Below, piece after piece: positions 31,093 through 39,176 of a stretch of 64,000 nt of DNA; position 1 is the first letter of the stretch, and every line of letters begins with the position of its first letter. Source of the DNA: an uncultured Pseudomonadales bacterium (GTDB lineage Bacteria > Patescibacteriota > Microgenomatia > UBA1400 > UBA1396). The DNA lies in the NCBI GenBank assembly GCA_964511175.1, contig CAZEEI010000002.1, positions 132,382 through 196,381 on the forward strand. The letters are read 5' to 3'. A program made the position numbers and the translations under genes. The notes below the pieces were generated by a model. The model was given only the letters and a program-made list of their open reading frames with translations. It made no database searches and was not told the origin of the DNA.

Positions 31093-31730
31093 TAAATACG
31101 GCCGGCGTGGGAAGTCGTTTAGGATTTGGCTATCCCAAATCCCTGTTGGAGATAGGTGGAAAACCCCTAATTGTTCACCATTTAAATAATTTAATGGATT
31201 GTGATGATGTTAGGATAGTGGTTGGTTTTCAAGCTCAAAAGATAATCGACATTGTTTTACCAATCAGGCCAGACGCTATTTTTGTTTTTAATCACCAATA
31301 TCAGGAAACAAATACCCTACATAGTTTAGCGTTGGGTTCTAAATTTGCCTCCCAATATGTTATTTCATTGGATGGGGACTTATTAATTAGGCCCAAGGAT
31401 ATTAGAAAAGTTATTCAATATCCCGGTGAGGTGGTTTGTTATACACCAAGCCACACCCAAGAGCCTGTTTTTGCTAAAATTGAAAAAAAGAAAAATCAGG
31501 ATATGATAACTGCCTTTACCCGTCGCAAGGTTTTACCCAATGAGTGGACCGGCGTGGTTAAAATTCATTCTAAGAAGTTGGGACAGAATTACGGTAAGGA
31601 GCATGTTTATCAAGCTTTGAAAAAATATTTACCAATAAACGCGTTCCCCATTTCTTGTGTTGAAATTGATACACCGCAAGATTATGAGAATGCGTTACGT
31701 TGGGCAGCAGAAAAATTGGGGGTAGTATGA
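31068..31730 (+). CDS. LicC-like nucleotidyltransferase
   Basis: AGVGSRL..PKSL, VVGF, TNTLHSL, LDGDL, EIDTPQD. Confidence 0.85.
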   Translation: MSISNTVVINTAGVGSRLGFGYPKSLLEIGGKPLIVHHLNNLMDCDDVRIVVGFQAQKIIDIVLPIRPDAIFVFNHQYQETNTLHSLALGSKFASQYVISLDGDLLIRPKDIRKVIQYPGEVVCYTPSHTQEPVFAKIEKKKNQDMITAFTRRKVLPNEWTGVVKIHSKKLGQNYGKEHVYQALKKYLPINAFPISCVEIDTPQDYENALRWAAEKLGVV

Positions 31731-32368
31731 CAACATTCTCACGTGACGATATAGATAAATTTTGGCGAAAACAAACAACAGTCAAAGATCCGCGTGTAGC
31801 GACTCATTTTAAAAAAGACGATGCCCATCTTTTTGATATCACTTTGGTTAGAAACTATATCAAACCAAATTCGCGCGTTCTAGATTTGGGTTGTGGCACT
31901 TGTGTTATTGCTAATGAAATTTCGGCAGAAGTTGCAAAAATAGTTGCGGTGGATAAATATAATGAATTTTTGTCCTATTGTCGAACCAGTAATAAAATAG
32001 TACCAATAGAAGCGGATTTGCTTAGTTACGATCCGGGGAAAAACAATTTTGATCTAATTTTATTTTTTGGCATAATGAATTATTTTAGTGATCAAGATGT
32101 AAAGGGTATGTATGCACGGGCTTCTCAAGCTTTAAAAAAGGATGGTGTTTTAATAGTGAAGCATGCTAGCGGTATTAATGGTGACGTAGAAGTTGATAAG
32201 TATTCTAAACAGATAGGGGATGTTTACCGCGCCATATACAGAGGAATTGACCACGACAAATCGCTTTTGCAACAGTTCTTTTCTCAAATTACTATTGAGG
32301 ATATTTACCCACCAAGATTGAATCGATGGGATAACACTCATTACTACGCGTATATTTGCAAAAAATAA
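31727..32368 (+). CDS. Class I SAM-dependent methyltransferase
   Basis: VLDLGCGT, FDLILFFG, LKKDGVL; ATGA coupling at 31727. Confidence 0.85.
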   Translation: MTTFSRDDIDKFWRKQTTVKDPRVATHFKKDDAHLFDITLVRNYIKPNSRVLDLGCGTCVIANEISAEVAKIVAVDKYNEFLSYCRTSNKIVPIEADLLSYDPGKNNFDLILFFGIMNYFSDQDVKGMYARASQALKKDGVLIVKHASGINGDVEVDKYSKQIGDVYRAIYRGIDHDKSLLQQFFSQITIEDIYPPRLNRWDNTHYYAYICKK

Positions 32369-32369
32369 C

Positions 32370-33128
32370 TTAACTATTTTGTCGGTAAACGTTAATTATT
32401 TCTTTAGGCTCACCAAGAGATATTATCTTGCCAGCTTTAATATATACTCCGCGATCACAGAATTCCTCAACAATATTTAAAGCATGCGTTACCAGCACGA
32501 TACTGACGCCTTTTTTTTGAAATGAACGGATTCGCCGTAAACACTTATCTTGGAAACTAATATCTCCCACCGCCAAAATTTCGTCTACGAGGAGAATTTC
32601 CGGATTAGTATGTACGGCAACGGCAAAGGCGAGGCGCAAATACATGCCTGACGAATAATGTTTAATCGGCTGGTCAATAAACTCGTGCAGTTCAGCAAAA
32701 TCAACGATCGAATCAAACTGAGTCTCGATTTCCCGACGCTTTAATCCTAAGATTACGCCATTCAAAAAGACATTCTCCCTACCCGTCAGTTCGGGATGAA
32801 AACCGGCGCCTAGTTCGATCAGGGGGGCAATGCGACCATTTACCGTAATTTTGCCTTCGGTGGGTCGACTGACGCCCGCAATCAACTTAAGCAGGGTGGA
32901 TTTACCGCTGCCGTTGGGTCCAATAACACCAATGGTTTCGCCGCGCTTGACCTCTAAATTCACGTCGCGTAGAGCCCAAAAGGTACTGGCGGTGCTTTTT
33001 CCGGCTATTAGAGCTGGTAAAAACTCCTTAAACGTTTTTTGTTCCTGCTTGTAAAACAATTTACCCACGCCTTGAAGACTGATGGCCGGGGTTGAATTGG
33101 AAGCAGGAGAAGAAAGCTTAAACGACAT
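32370..33128 (-). CDS. wzt: Polysaccharide ABC exporter ATPase (Wzt), no C-terminal carbohydrate-binding domain
   Basis: GPNGSGKST, GFHPELTGREN, YSSGMYLRLAF, VDEILAVGD; ends ~60 aa after Walker B. Confidence 0.92.
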   Translation of the reverse strand: MSFKLSSPASNSTPAISLQGVGKLFYKQEQKTFKEFLPALIAGKSTASTFWALRDVNLEVKRGETIGVIGPNGSGKSTLLKLIAGVSRPTEGKITVNGRIAPLIELGAGFHPELTGRENVFLNGVILGLKRREIETQFDSIVDFAELHEFIDQPIKHYSSGMYLRLAFAVAVHTNPEILLVDEILAVGDISFQDKCLRRIRSFQKKGVSIVLVTHALNIVEEFCDRGVYIKAGKIISLGEPKEIINVYRQNS

Positions 33129-33891
33129 CCGCAAATACCCCTTCCATTTTTTTGAATAACCAATCGGCAACCAGCCAAAGCAGTAGGGATAAAACCGAAG
33201 CTATGGCTAAACTAGCCAGATTGGGGTTACCGCCAGCCAGTAAAACTTGACGATAAGCATTAATTAAAACGGCCATCGGATTTAGTTGAAAAATCCAGCG
33301 GTATTGGTCGGGGAATAGTTCAACCGGATAAATAACCGGCGTAAGATACATCCAAACAATTAGGCCTAAGTTAAGCAAATACTGAATATCGCGGTAAAAA
33401 AGATTAAAGGCTGCTATTAATAAGCTTAGGCCATACATAAAAATACACTGAATTAGAAAAATCGGCACAAACCATAAAATTGACCAACCAACCGGCAGGC
33501 GGAAAAAGATCATAAACGCCACAAAAACTGTGGAAGCCAGGAAGAAATCCACAATCTTAGCCAAGATAGTGCTAATGACAAACGTTTCGCGCGGAAAATA
33601 GATTTTAGTAATTAAGCCAGCGTTGCCAACCAACACGTTGGCTGAACTCGTTAAGGCGCCGGTGAGCAGTGTCCAGGGCAACATACCGGCGTAAAGGAAA
33701 ATCGGGTAGGGCACGCCCAAATCGGGAATGCGTAAAATCTTGGAGAAGACAAAGGCCATGACCAGCATTTGGAAAAAAGGGTTCAAGATAACCCAGGCGT
33801 AACCAAGTAAAGATTGCTTGTAGCGCTGTTTAATTTCCCGCTTAGTCAACTCGGTTAGTAACTCACGATATTGAAAGAAAGCGGTGAGCAT
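33118..33891 (-). CDS. wzm: Polysaccharide ABC exporter permease (Wzm)
   Basis: REIKQRYKQSLLGYAW, YRDI, TPVIYP, LNPM, FADVV. Confidence 0.93.
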   Translation of the reverse strand: MLTAFFQYRELLTELTKREIKQRYKQSLLGYAWVILNPFFQMLVMAFVFSKILRIPDLGVPYPIFLYAGMLPWTLLTGALTSSANVLVGNAGLITKIYFPRETFVISTILAKIVDFFLASTVFVAFMIFFRLPVGWSILWFVPIFLIQCIFMYGLSLLIAAFNLFYRDIQYLLNLGLIVWMYLTPVIYPVELFPDQYRWIFQLNPMAVLINAYRQVLLAGGNPNLASLAIASVLSLLLWLVADWLFKKMEGVFADVV

Positions 33892-33954
33892 GGAGCCATT
33901 GTAGCACCGCCCTGCGATTGTCAGAACAGGCGACGACGGTTATTCTGGTGTAGT

Positions 33955-34743
33955 ATGCCCCACCAAATCGTTGCTTCGGTAGTAGTGCCCAATGTGAAGT
34001 TGGCATTACTAACCAAATTTTTGTTGCACCACGCTGCTGCTTGGGATTGGTCTCGGCACGAACTGATTATCGTCACCTCACCAGAGAACGCCGCGCAATT
34101 GAAAAATGTTTATCCAAAAGCTAAATGGTTAACTGTCAAGCAGAATCGTGGTTTTGCTCAAACCGTTAATGCCGGCTGGCGGCTTGCCAAGGGCGAATGG
34201 CTGGGTACCGTTAATGATGACACCGAGCTACCGCCGGGGTGGATTCAGAGGTTAATCGTCAGGGCTAAACCTGATACCGGTTCACTTAGTCCGGTGATAA
34301 TCGATCCCAGTGGTAAGGTTGAGTCCGCCGGTGTTAATTACTTACCCATCGGTCGAGCTATACCGGTGCTGGCAATACCGCCTCAACTGGATACCACTGA
34401 TACTTGCAATGCCGCCGCTATTCTTTTCCGCAAGCAGGCGCTGGATCAGGTGGGCTGGTTTGATGGGCACTTTGGTTCCTATTTGGAGGATGTTGATTTG
34501 GGTTTACGGCTAAAACGGGCCAGTTGGCAGAATTTGGTGGTACCGACAGTGCGGGTTGTCCACTATGGCCAGCAAACTTCGGGCGACCACCCGGTATATA
34601 AAGCTTGGCTGGATGTAAAAAATTGGTGGTTGGTAGTATTAAAAAATACTACGCCATCAACCTGGCTAAACAGCGGGATTGGTATTTTATTGGAGCGAGG
34701 ACGCAATGTTTCCGGTTTGATTAAAACGCTGAAGTGGCACTAG
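33955..34743 (+). CDS. GT2 glycosyltransferase (WbbL-like)
   Basis: NRGFAQTVN, VNDDT, VGWFD..YLEDVD; start re-called to ATG 33955. Confidence 0.85.
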   Translation: MPHQIVASVVVPNVKLALLTKFLLHHAAAWDWSRHELIIVTSPENAAQLKNVYPKAKWLTVKQNRGFAQTVNAGWRLAKGEWLGTVNDDTELPPGWIQRLIVRAKPDTGSLSPVIIDPSGKVESAGVNYLPIGRAIPVLAIPPQLDTTDTCNAAAILFRKQALDQVGWFDGHFGSYLEDVDLGLRLKRASWQNLVVPTVRVVHYGQQTSGDHPVYKAWLDVKNWWLVVLKNTTPSTWLNSGIGILLERGRNVSGLIKTLKWH

Positions 34744-35198
34744 CGATGCTGCATTTGTGCTTTTTGCAAATTTCGCACTAAGTGAGGCCAAGCATCTTTA
34801 TCGATAGGATAACTTTCCACCGCAAAGGGAACGTAGTAGGGTGGATTCTCCATGGTTTGTTTTTGGTCAACTAGGTGGGGGGAAATAATTTCAGGTGCAG
34901 CATAGGGTAAAAAGGCCCAAGCTAAACTACCATTTGCTGCCAAAAGATGAGCGTTCGGTTCAGGTTTGTGGCGTTTTAATTTTTGCAGCTCGGCCGCATT
35001 CATTTCTTTTCCAAAACAAACATAAGCAAAAGTACCCTCCAGGTTTGGAACCAAATGGGTGTGGCAATGGTGTTTTAGACAATAAAGAGGCCACTCTTTT
35101 CCAGCATCTGCCTCGGGATCATCATTGACACCAACGATATCAGCTATTTCTAACGGTTGTTCTGATCGATGCCTGGATTTTTTCTTATTTTTTCCCAT
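34740..35198 (-). CDS. Hypothetical protein (152 aa) with a Cys/His cluster
   Basis: TTGAGC-N17-TAGACT promoter 9 nt before ATG; CLKHHCHTH segment. Confidence 0.65.
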   Translation of the reverse strand: MGKNKKKSRHRSEQPLEIADIVGVNDDPEADAGKEWPLYCLKHHCHTHLVPNLEGTFAYVCFGKEMNAAELQKLKRHKPEPNAHLLAANGSLAWAFLPYAAPEIISPHLVDQKQTMENPPYYVPFAVESYPIDKDAWPHLVRNLQKAQMQHR

Positions 35199-35237
35199 AT
35201 TGGGGGGAGTCTACTATGATATGGCCAGTTGCTCAAG

Positions 35238-35311
35238 TGGCTGATGCAGGACTCGAACCTGCGACCTCACGAATGTGAATCGTGCGCTCTAACCAACTGA
35301 GCTAATCAGCC
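35238..35311 (-). tRNA. tRNA-Val (CAC), CCA not encoded
   Basis: GGCTGAT/ATCAGCC acceptor stem, CACGA-TT CAC AT-TCGTG anticodon arm, GGTTCGAGTCC. Confidence 0.96.
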
Positions 35312-35364
35312 GAGACAACGTATATTGTACTACACCAGAAGAAAATGATACTCTAATTCCAGAT

Positions 35365-37545
35365 ATGTCTACCCCGAGATCACCTGATGTGCCAACTCCT
35401 GAATCCGAGGTAGAGGAAAAATCACGGAAAGAAAATTTGGTTGACACACCCTTAAAGTTGTTGCGTGTACTTTATCGGTTATTAGAATCAGAGCATCCCT
35501 CCCAAGACATAAGCGGCGAGGCTTTAGAAGGAACACGTCATGTGGGGAGAGATAAAGTTTCGGTTTGGACTTTGGCGTTTTCTAATAAAGCCAATGATTT
35601 TTTTTCTAAACATAATGCTATAGAAGATGTACTATTAGTAAACTTGCAGTGGTTTAATCGTATTTTCCGTCCGCAAAGAAAAAATATTTTTGGCGAGGCC
35701 GATCCTGGTTTTGCTTCCCGCGTATTCAGGTCGCACATGAATTCCGGTTTTTTCACACACTCGGAGATTGCCACCTATTTACAGCGAGCGGGAGAAGAAG
35801 AAAAGCGCGGTTTATTGGATTCGGCCTATTTTATTGATCCCGATGAACTTTCTCTTGGAAAACCACCTAATGCTGACCCAGAATTGATTAGCAATAGAGG
35901 CTGTTTTAATTTTCAGGAGCACCTACCATCAATACCTGACTTATCTTTACCAAATTTAGTAGAACGAGTAATTACCGAAAATTTGTTAAAACAATGTTTA
36001 ATTATTTTGGAAAAAACACGTGGTATTAGGCAATCCGATGGAACAATCAAGTGGGATGGGGTGGGGCCACTACCACTGCCCATAGGTGAAGTCAAAATTG
36101 CCGTACGTATAGGCAATGTGGAACATCCGTTAACAATTAACATTGATGGAAAACAATTACGATCCGTATTGGATCATATTTTGCAAAATGATGACCTAAC
36201 AATATATCAGGATGATCTTTTGTTTGTACGCAAACATATATTAGCTCAAGTATCGCAATTATTAATATCGGGTAAAACAAAAGGGTCACGGGTTATTACT
36301 CCCAACGAAGTAAAGCAGGCTTATAGCCGGGATGCCTACAAGGATATAGAACAAAAACCCGTTAATGCTTTTTCGATCAATATATTGCCAGAAAAAATTA
36401 TGGAAGGAGGGGCGACGGTTAGACCAGCCACTAGTTTAACCAATAGCTGGCAGAATTGGTCAACTACCGATTTATATATTAATCAAGGTGGGCAACTCAT
36501 CGCTCGTGGGCAAAATTTTGCGCATCCCATGATTGATGGGCGAGAAGCGGAGATATTTTTTACTAATGCCGACCCCGGATTGGCTCTTATTCAAAAACAT
36601 CTTAATGAATCAGATAAACAGGTCAATGCTGTGGCCAATCCAGCGGTAACAATTCGGGAAGTAACTAATTTTGCCGAATCGGAGACGCTCCGAAATTTGC
36701 AGGAAAATGTGCCGGATATATTTGCGGAAACAGTTATTCCCAGTGAAATAGTGACTGAATTACGCAGGAGACATAAAGAATTAATTAATCATTTATTAAG
36801 TAACCCCGCTCTCCTACGCGATAAAATAATGCCATTTGTGTGGCAGAGACAATATCTGCGTACGCTCCTACTAAAACCAGAAGAAAATAGAGAGAAAATA
36901 AGCTCTGAGATACGGCAAATCTTTTCCTTTAATACCTTTCTGAGCTTAACGCTGGCAAGCTTACTGAATCTTCAGGGGGAATTACTAGTCTTAAACGCTT
37001 ATGGGAGAGTAAACCCGGCTTTAATGGGCATTCCCAGAGTGTTGGAAGAATATTTAAGACGAGGGGGAGAACTCTCTGAACAAGAGCTTGGTGAGGTTGC
37101 CATTAGTATATTGATGAGCGCATCAATAGTACGAGAAGAAAAAAAGTTGGCTCAAGACAAAATGTATCCTGGCACAACCGCTTTCCGTCTCTCCACCGTG
37201 TCGGGTCCAAACGAGAAACTGCTCGATTTTCTATCGAGTATAGTGATTCCTTGGAAACAACAGGCGTTACAAGAAAATAAGGCACAAATATCTTTTCTTT
37301 CAGGGGTCAAGGATCTTATTTTCCAGGGCGCTTTAGCCAAGCGCTACCCGGCTACGGCTGCTGTCCACGAATATAAAGGGCCTAACGGAAGCAGTTTCCG
37401 CGTAAACGTTAGGTCGCGCCGAGAAGATCAAGTCCGCACACCTCTACCCTCACTTTCTGCGGAAAAAATCCAAGCCCGCTGCGAAGCCCTTTTTGCAATT
37501 TTAGAAAATTACTTTAATACTTCCAGCAATTCCGCCACTTCTTGA
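35365..37545 (+). CDS. Large orphan protein (726 aa)
   Basis: Long AT-richer ORF divergent from tRNA-Val; no motif recognised. Confidence 0.75.
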   Translation: MSTPRSPDVPTPESEVEEKSRKENLVDTPLKLLRVLYRLLESEHPSQDISGEALEGTRHVGRDKVSVWTLAFSNKANDFFSKHNAIEDVLLVNLQWFNRIFRPQRKNIFGEADPGFASRVFRSHMNSGFFTHSEIATYLQRAGEEEKRGLLDSAYFIDPDELSLGKPPNADPELISNRGCFNFQEHLPSIPDLSLPNLVERVITENLLKQCLIILEKTRGIRQSDGTIKWDGVGPLPLPIGEVKIAVRIGNVEHPLTINIDGKQLRSVLDHILQNDDLTIYQDDLLFVRKHILAQVSQLLISGKTKGSRVITPNEVKQAYSRDAYKDIEQKPVNAFSINILPEKIMEGGATVRPATSLTNSWQNWSTTDLYINQGGQLIARGQNFAHPMIDGREAEIFFTNADPGLALIQKHLNESDKQVNAVANPAVTIREVTNFAESETLRNLQENVPDIFAETVIPSEIVTELRRRHKELINHLLSNPALLRDKIMPFVWQRQYLRTLLLKPEENREKISSEIRQIFSFNTFLSLTLASLLNLQGELLVLNAYGRVNPALMGIPRVLEEYLRRGGELSEQELGEVAISILMSASIVREEKKLAQDKMYPGTTAFRLSTVSGPNEKLLDFLSSIVIPWKQQALQENKAQISFLSGVKDLIFQGALAKRYPATAAVHEYKGPNGSSFRVNVRSRREDQVRTPLPSLSAEKIQARCEALFAILENYFNTSSNSATS

Positions 37546-38594
37546 GCGCTGTTAGTCTGCACCAAAGCGGTGCGTAAGCTAGACGCGTTGGGAAAACCCT
37601 TGATATACCAGGCTAAGTGTTTGCGCATGGCAAAAAATGAGTCGCCAGGAAAATCTCGCTCGTATTGTTGGGCATGTTCTAGTGCCACATGAGCACGGTC
37701 GGCTAAGGTTGGTTCTTGAGCTAGGGGTTGTCCATCCCGCCAGCGCACTATTTGGTCTAGCGTCCACGGATTACCAAAAGTAGCACGGCCAATCAAAACA
37801 CCGTCGACGTTAGTTTCAGCTACTCTTTGGGCTATATCATCTGGTGTAGATAAATCGCCATTACCCAAAATGAGCGTGCCACTACCTTGTGCCAACTTTA
37901 CCGCTTCACCAATAGCGGACCAATCCGCTCGACCGCCGTAACCCTGTTTGAGAGTACGTCCATGAATCGAGATTGCGGCCGGCTGGATTTCTAACAGATA
38001 GGGCAACCACTGGGCAATGATAGGTTGATCGTAGCCAATTCTAGTTTTAACCGAAACCGGCCGCGGCGTTCGTTGCTGGTAAACAACGGGCAGAGTTTGG
38101 TGACGTTTTTCAATCAGATCGCGCGTTTTTTGTTTTAGTTCCGGAAAGTCACGGAGGGATTTGCCATCCACCCAATCTTGTACACCGGCTTGAGCCGCAC
38201 GGATAATTTCCTGGGCCAGTTTTGGTGTTTGAATCAGGGCTGCGCCAGCTCCATGTTGACTAACATTTTTAGCCGGGCAACCCATGTTGAGATCGATGCC
38301 ATCAAAACCTAAATAACAGAGAATAAAAGCGGTGGTGCGGAAGGCAGCTGGTTCTTTGCCAAAAATTTGCGCCACAATGGGGCGCTGAGTTTCGTCAAAA
38401 ATGAGACCGCGGAAAAGCTTGAGAGCATTGTGGGCTACGCCTTCGGCGGCAATAAATTCGGTAAAAATAACGTCTGGCCGACCATATTTTTTAGTGATGT
38501 AGCGAAATGGTTGATCGGTAATACCATCCATGGGACTTAAACCGATAATTGGTTGTGGTAGATTGTTCCAAAAACCGGGAAAAATCTTCGACAT
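37509..38594 (-). CDS. dus: tRNA-dihydrouridine synthase
   Basis: LSPMDGITD, QIFG, IDLNMGCP, SVKTRIG, IHGRT, GNGD, IGRA..NPW, MRKHLAWY. Confidence 0.94.
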   Translation of the reverse strand: MSKIFPGFWNNLPQPIIGLSPMDGITDQPFRYITKKYGRPDVIFTEFIAAEGVAHNALKLFRGLIFDETQRPIVAQIFGKEPAAFRTTAFILCYLGFDGIDLNMGCPAKNVSQHGAGAALIQTPKLAQEIIRAAQAGVQDWVDGKSLRDFPELKQKTRDLIEKRHQTLPVVYQQRTPRPVSVKTRIGYDQPIIAQWLPYLLEIQPAAISIHGRTLKQGYGGRADWSAIGEAVKLAQGSGTLILGNGDLSTPDDIAQRVAETNVDGVLIGRATFGNPWTLDQIVRWRDGQPLAQEPTLADRAHVALEHAQQYERDFPGDSFFAMRKHLAWYIKGFPNASSLRTALVQTNSAQEVAELLEVLK

Positions 38595-38625
38595 AAAGGG
38601 GAATTATACTAGAGTTACTTAATAA

Positions 38626-38655
38626 TTGACAAATCCGTTAAATTGTTTATATAAT
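38626..38655 (+). promoter_or_regulatory. Consensus sigma70 promoter TTGACA-N18-TATAAT
   Basis: TTGACA 38626-31, TATAAT 38650-55, AT-rich upstream; no plus-strand gene follows. Confidence 0.8.
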
Positions 38656-38661
38656 CGCGAA

Positions 38662-38750
38662 GTACTCGTGAGGGACCTCCCGAAACCGGATAGGTACTTG
38701 TACCAAAGCTGGAAAAGCGAGTATAGCAGAAAAGCCCTTAGGGCTTTTTT
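38662..38750 (+). ncRNA. Putative novel structured small RNA (~90 nt)
   Basis: Bounded by promoter and terminator. Closing stem GTACTCG/CGAGTAT; hairpin GGG-ACCT-CCC; stem CCGG/CTGG enclosing hairpin GGTA-CTTG-TACC; no ATG. Confidence 0.65.
38730..38750 (+). terminator. Intrinsic terminator (possibly bidirectional)
   Basis: AAAAGCCC-TTA-GGGCTTTTTT; the loop is the TAA stop of the minus-strand nuclease gene. Confidence 0.75.
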
Positions 38751-39157
38751 GTTGTTTCTTTACTCTTGATCGAAAAATAATGCGGTCTGGAATGATTCAG
38801 CTGACGAACTATTACTTGAATACAACGTTTTTTTCCATCAACAACTACCGCGCAGCTCACTTCCCAATAAATAGCTTGGCGAGTATTCCCTCGGTATTTG
38901 ATCAATCGCGTCTCAACCCTAGTTGGCGGTGCCGACGCATTTTCGATAACCTCTTGAGCAAACAAGAATAAACTCAAGCGTTTATTTATTTCCAAACGGT
39001 TTCTTCGATGACCATTACCGTCGAAGAAAAGGTGATTCCAACCATGGCGGTTGAAGACTATTTTGCATTGAATTGCCGGGCAAAAGATAGGTCTAGTTTT
39101 GAGGTTTTTGTAAACGTCTTTGACTTTTTTGATAGATAACGCAGAGGTGTCTGACAT
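38738..39157 (-). CDS. Small basic BECR-fold (RelE/colicin E5-D/PBECR-like) putative ribonuclease
   Basis: IVFNRHGWNHL..RR..E..KRL then beta-meander YWEV..IQVIVRQ..HYFSI; very K/R rich; family call by pattern recognition. Confidence 0.6.
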   Translation of the reverse strand: MSDTSALSIKKVKDVYKNLKTRPIFCPAIQCKIVFNRHGWNHLFFDGNGHRRNRLEINKRLSLFLFAQEVIENASAPPTRVETRLIKYRGNTRQAIYWEVSCAVVVDGKKRCIQVIVRQLNHSRPHYFSIKSKETTKKP

Positions 39158-39176
39158 TGGTGTAAACGAAGAATCT

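Noticed and set aside
38662-38724. Hammerhead ribozyme, SRP RNA or tRNA identity for the small RNA
   Set aside because: TGA-stem-GAAAC recalls the hammerhead core, but CTGANGA is absent (CTCGTGA). There is no SRP GGAA/AGCAG loop and no TTCG T-arm.
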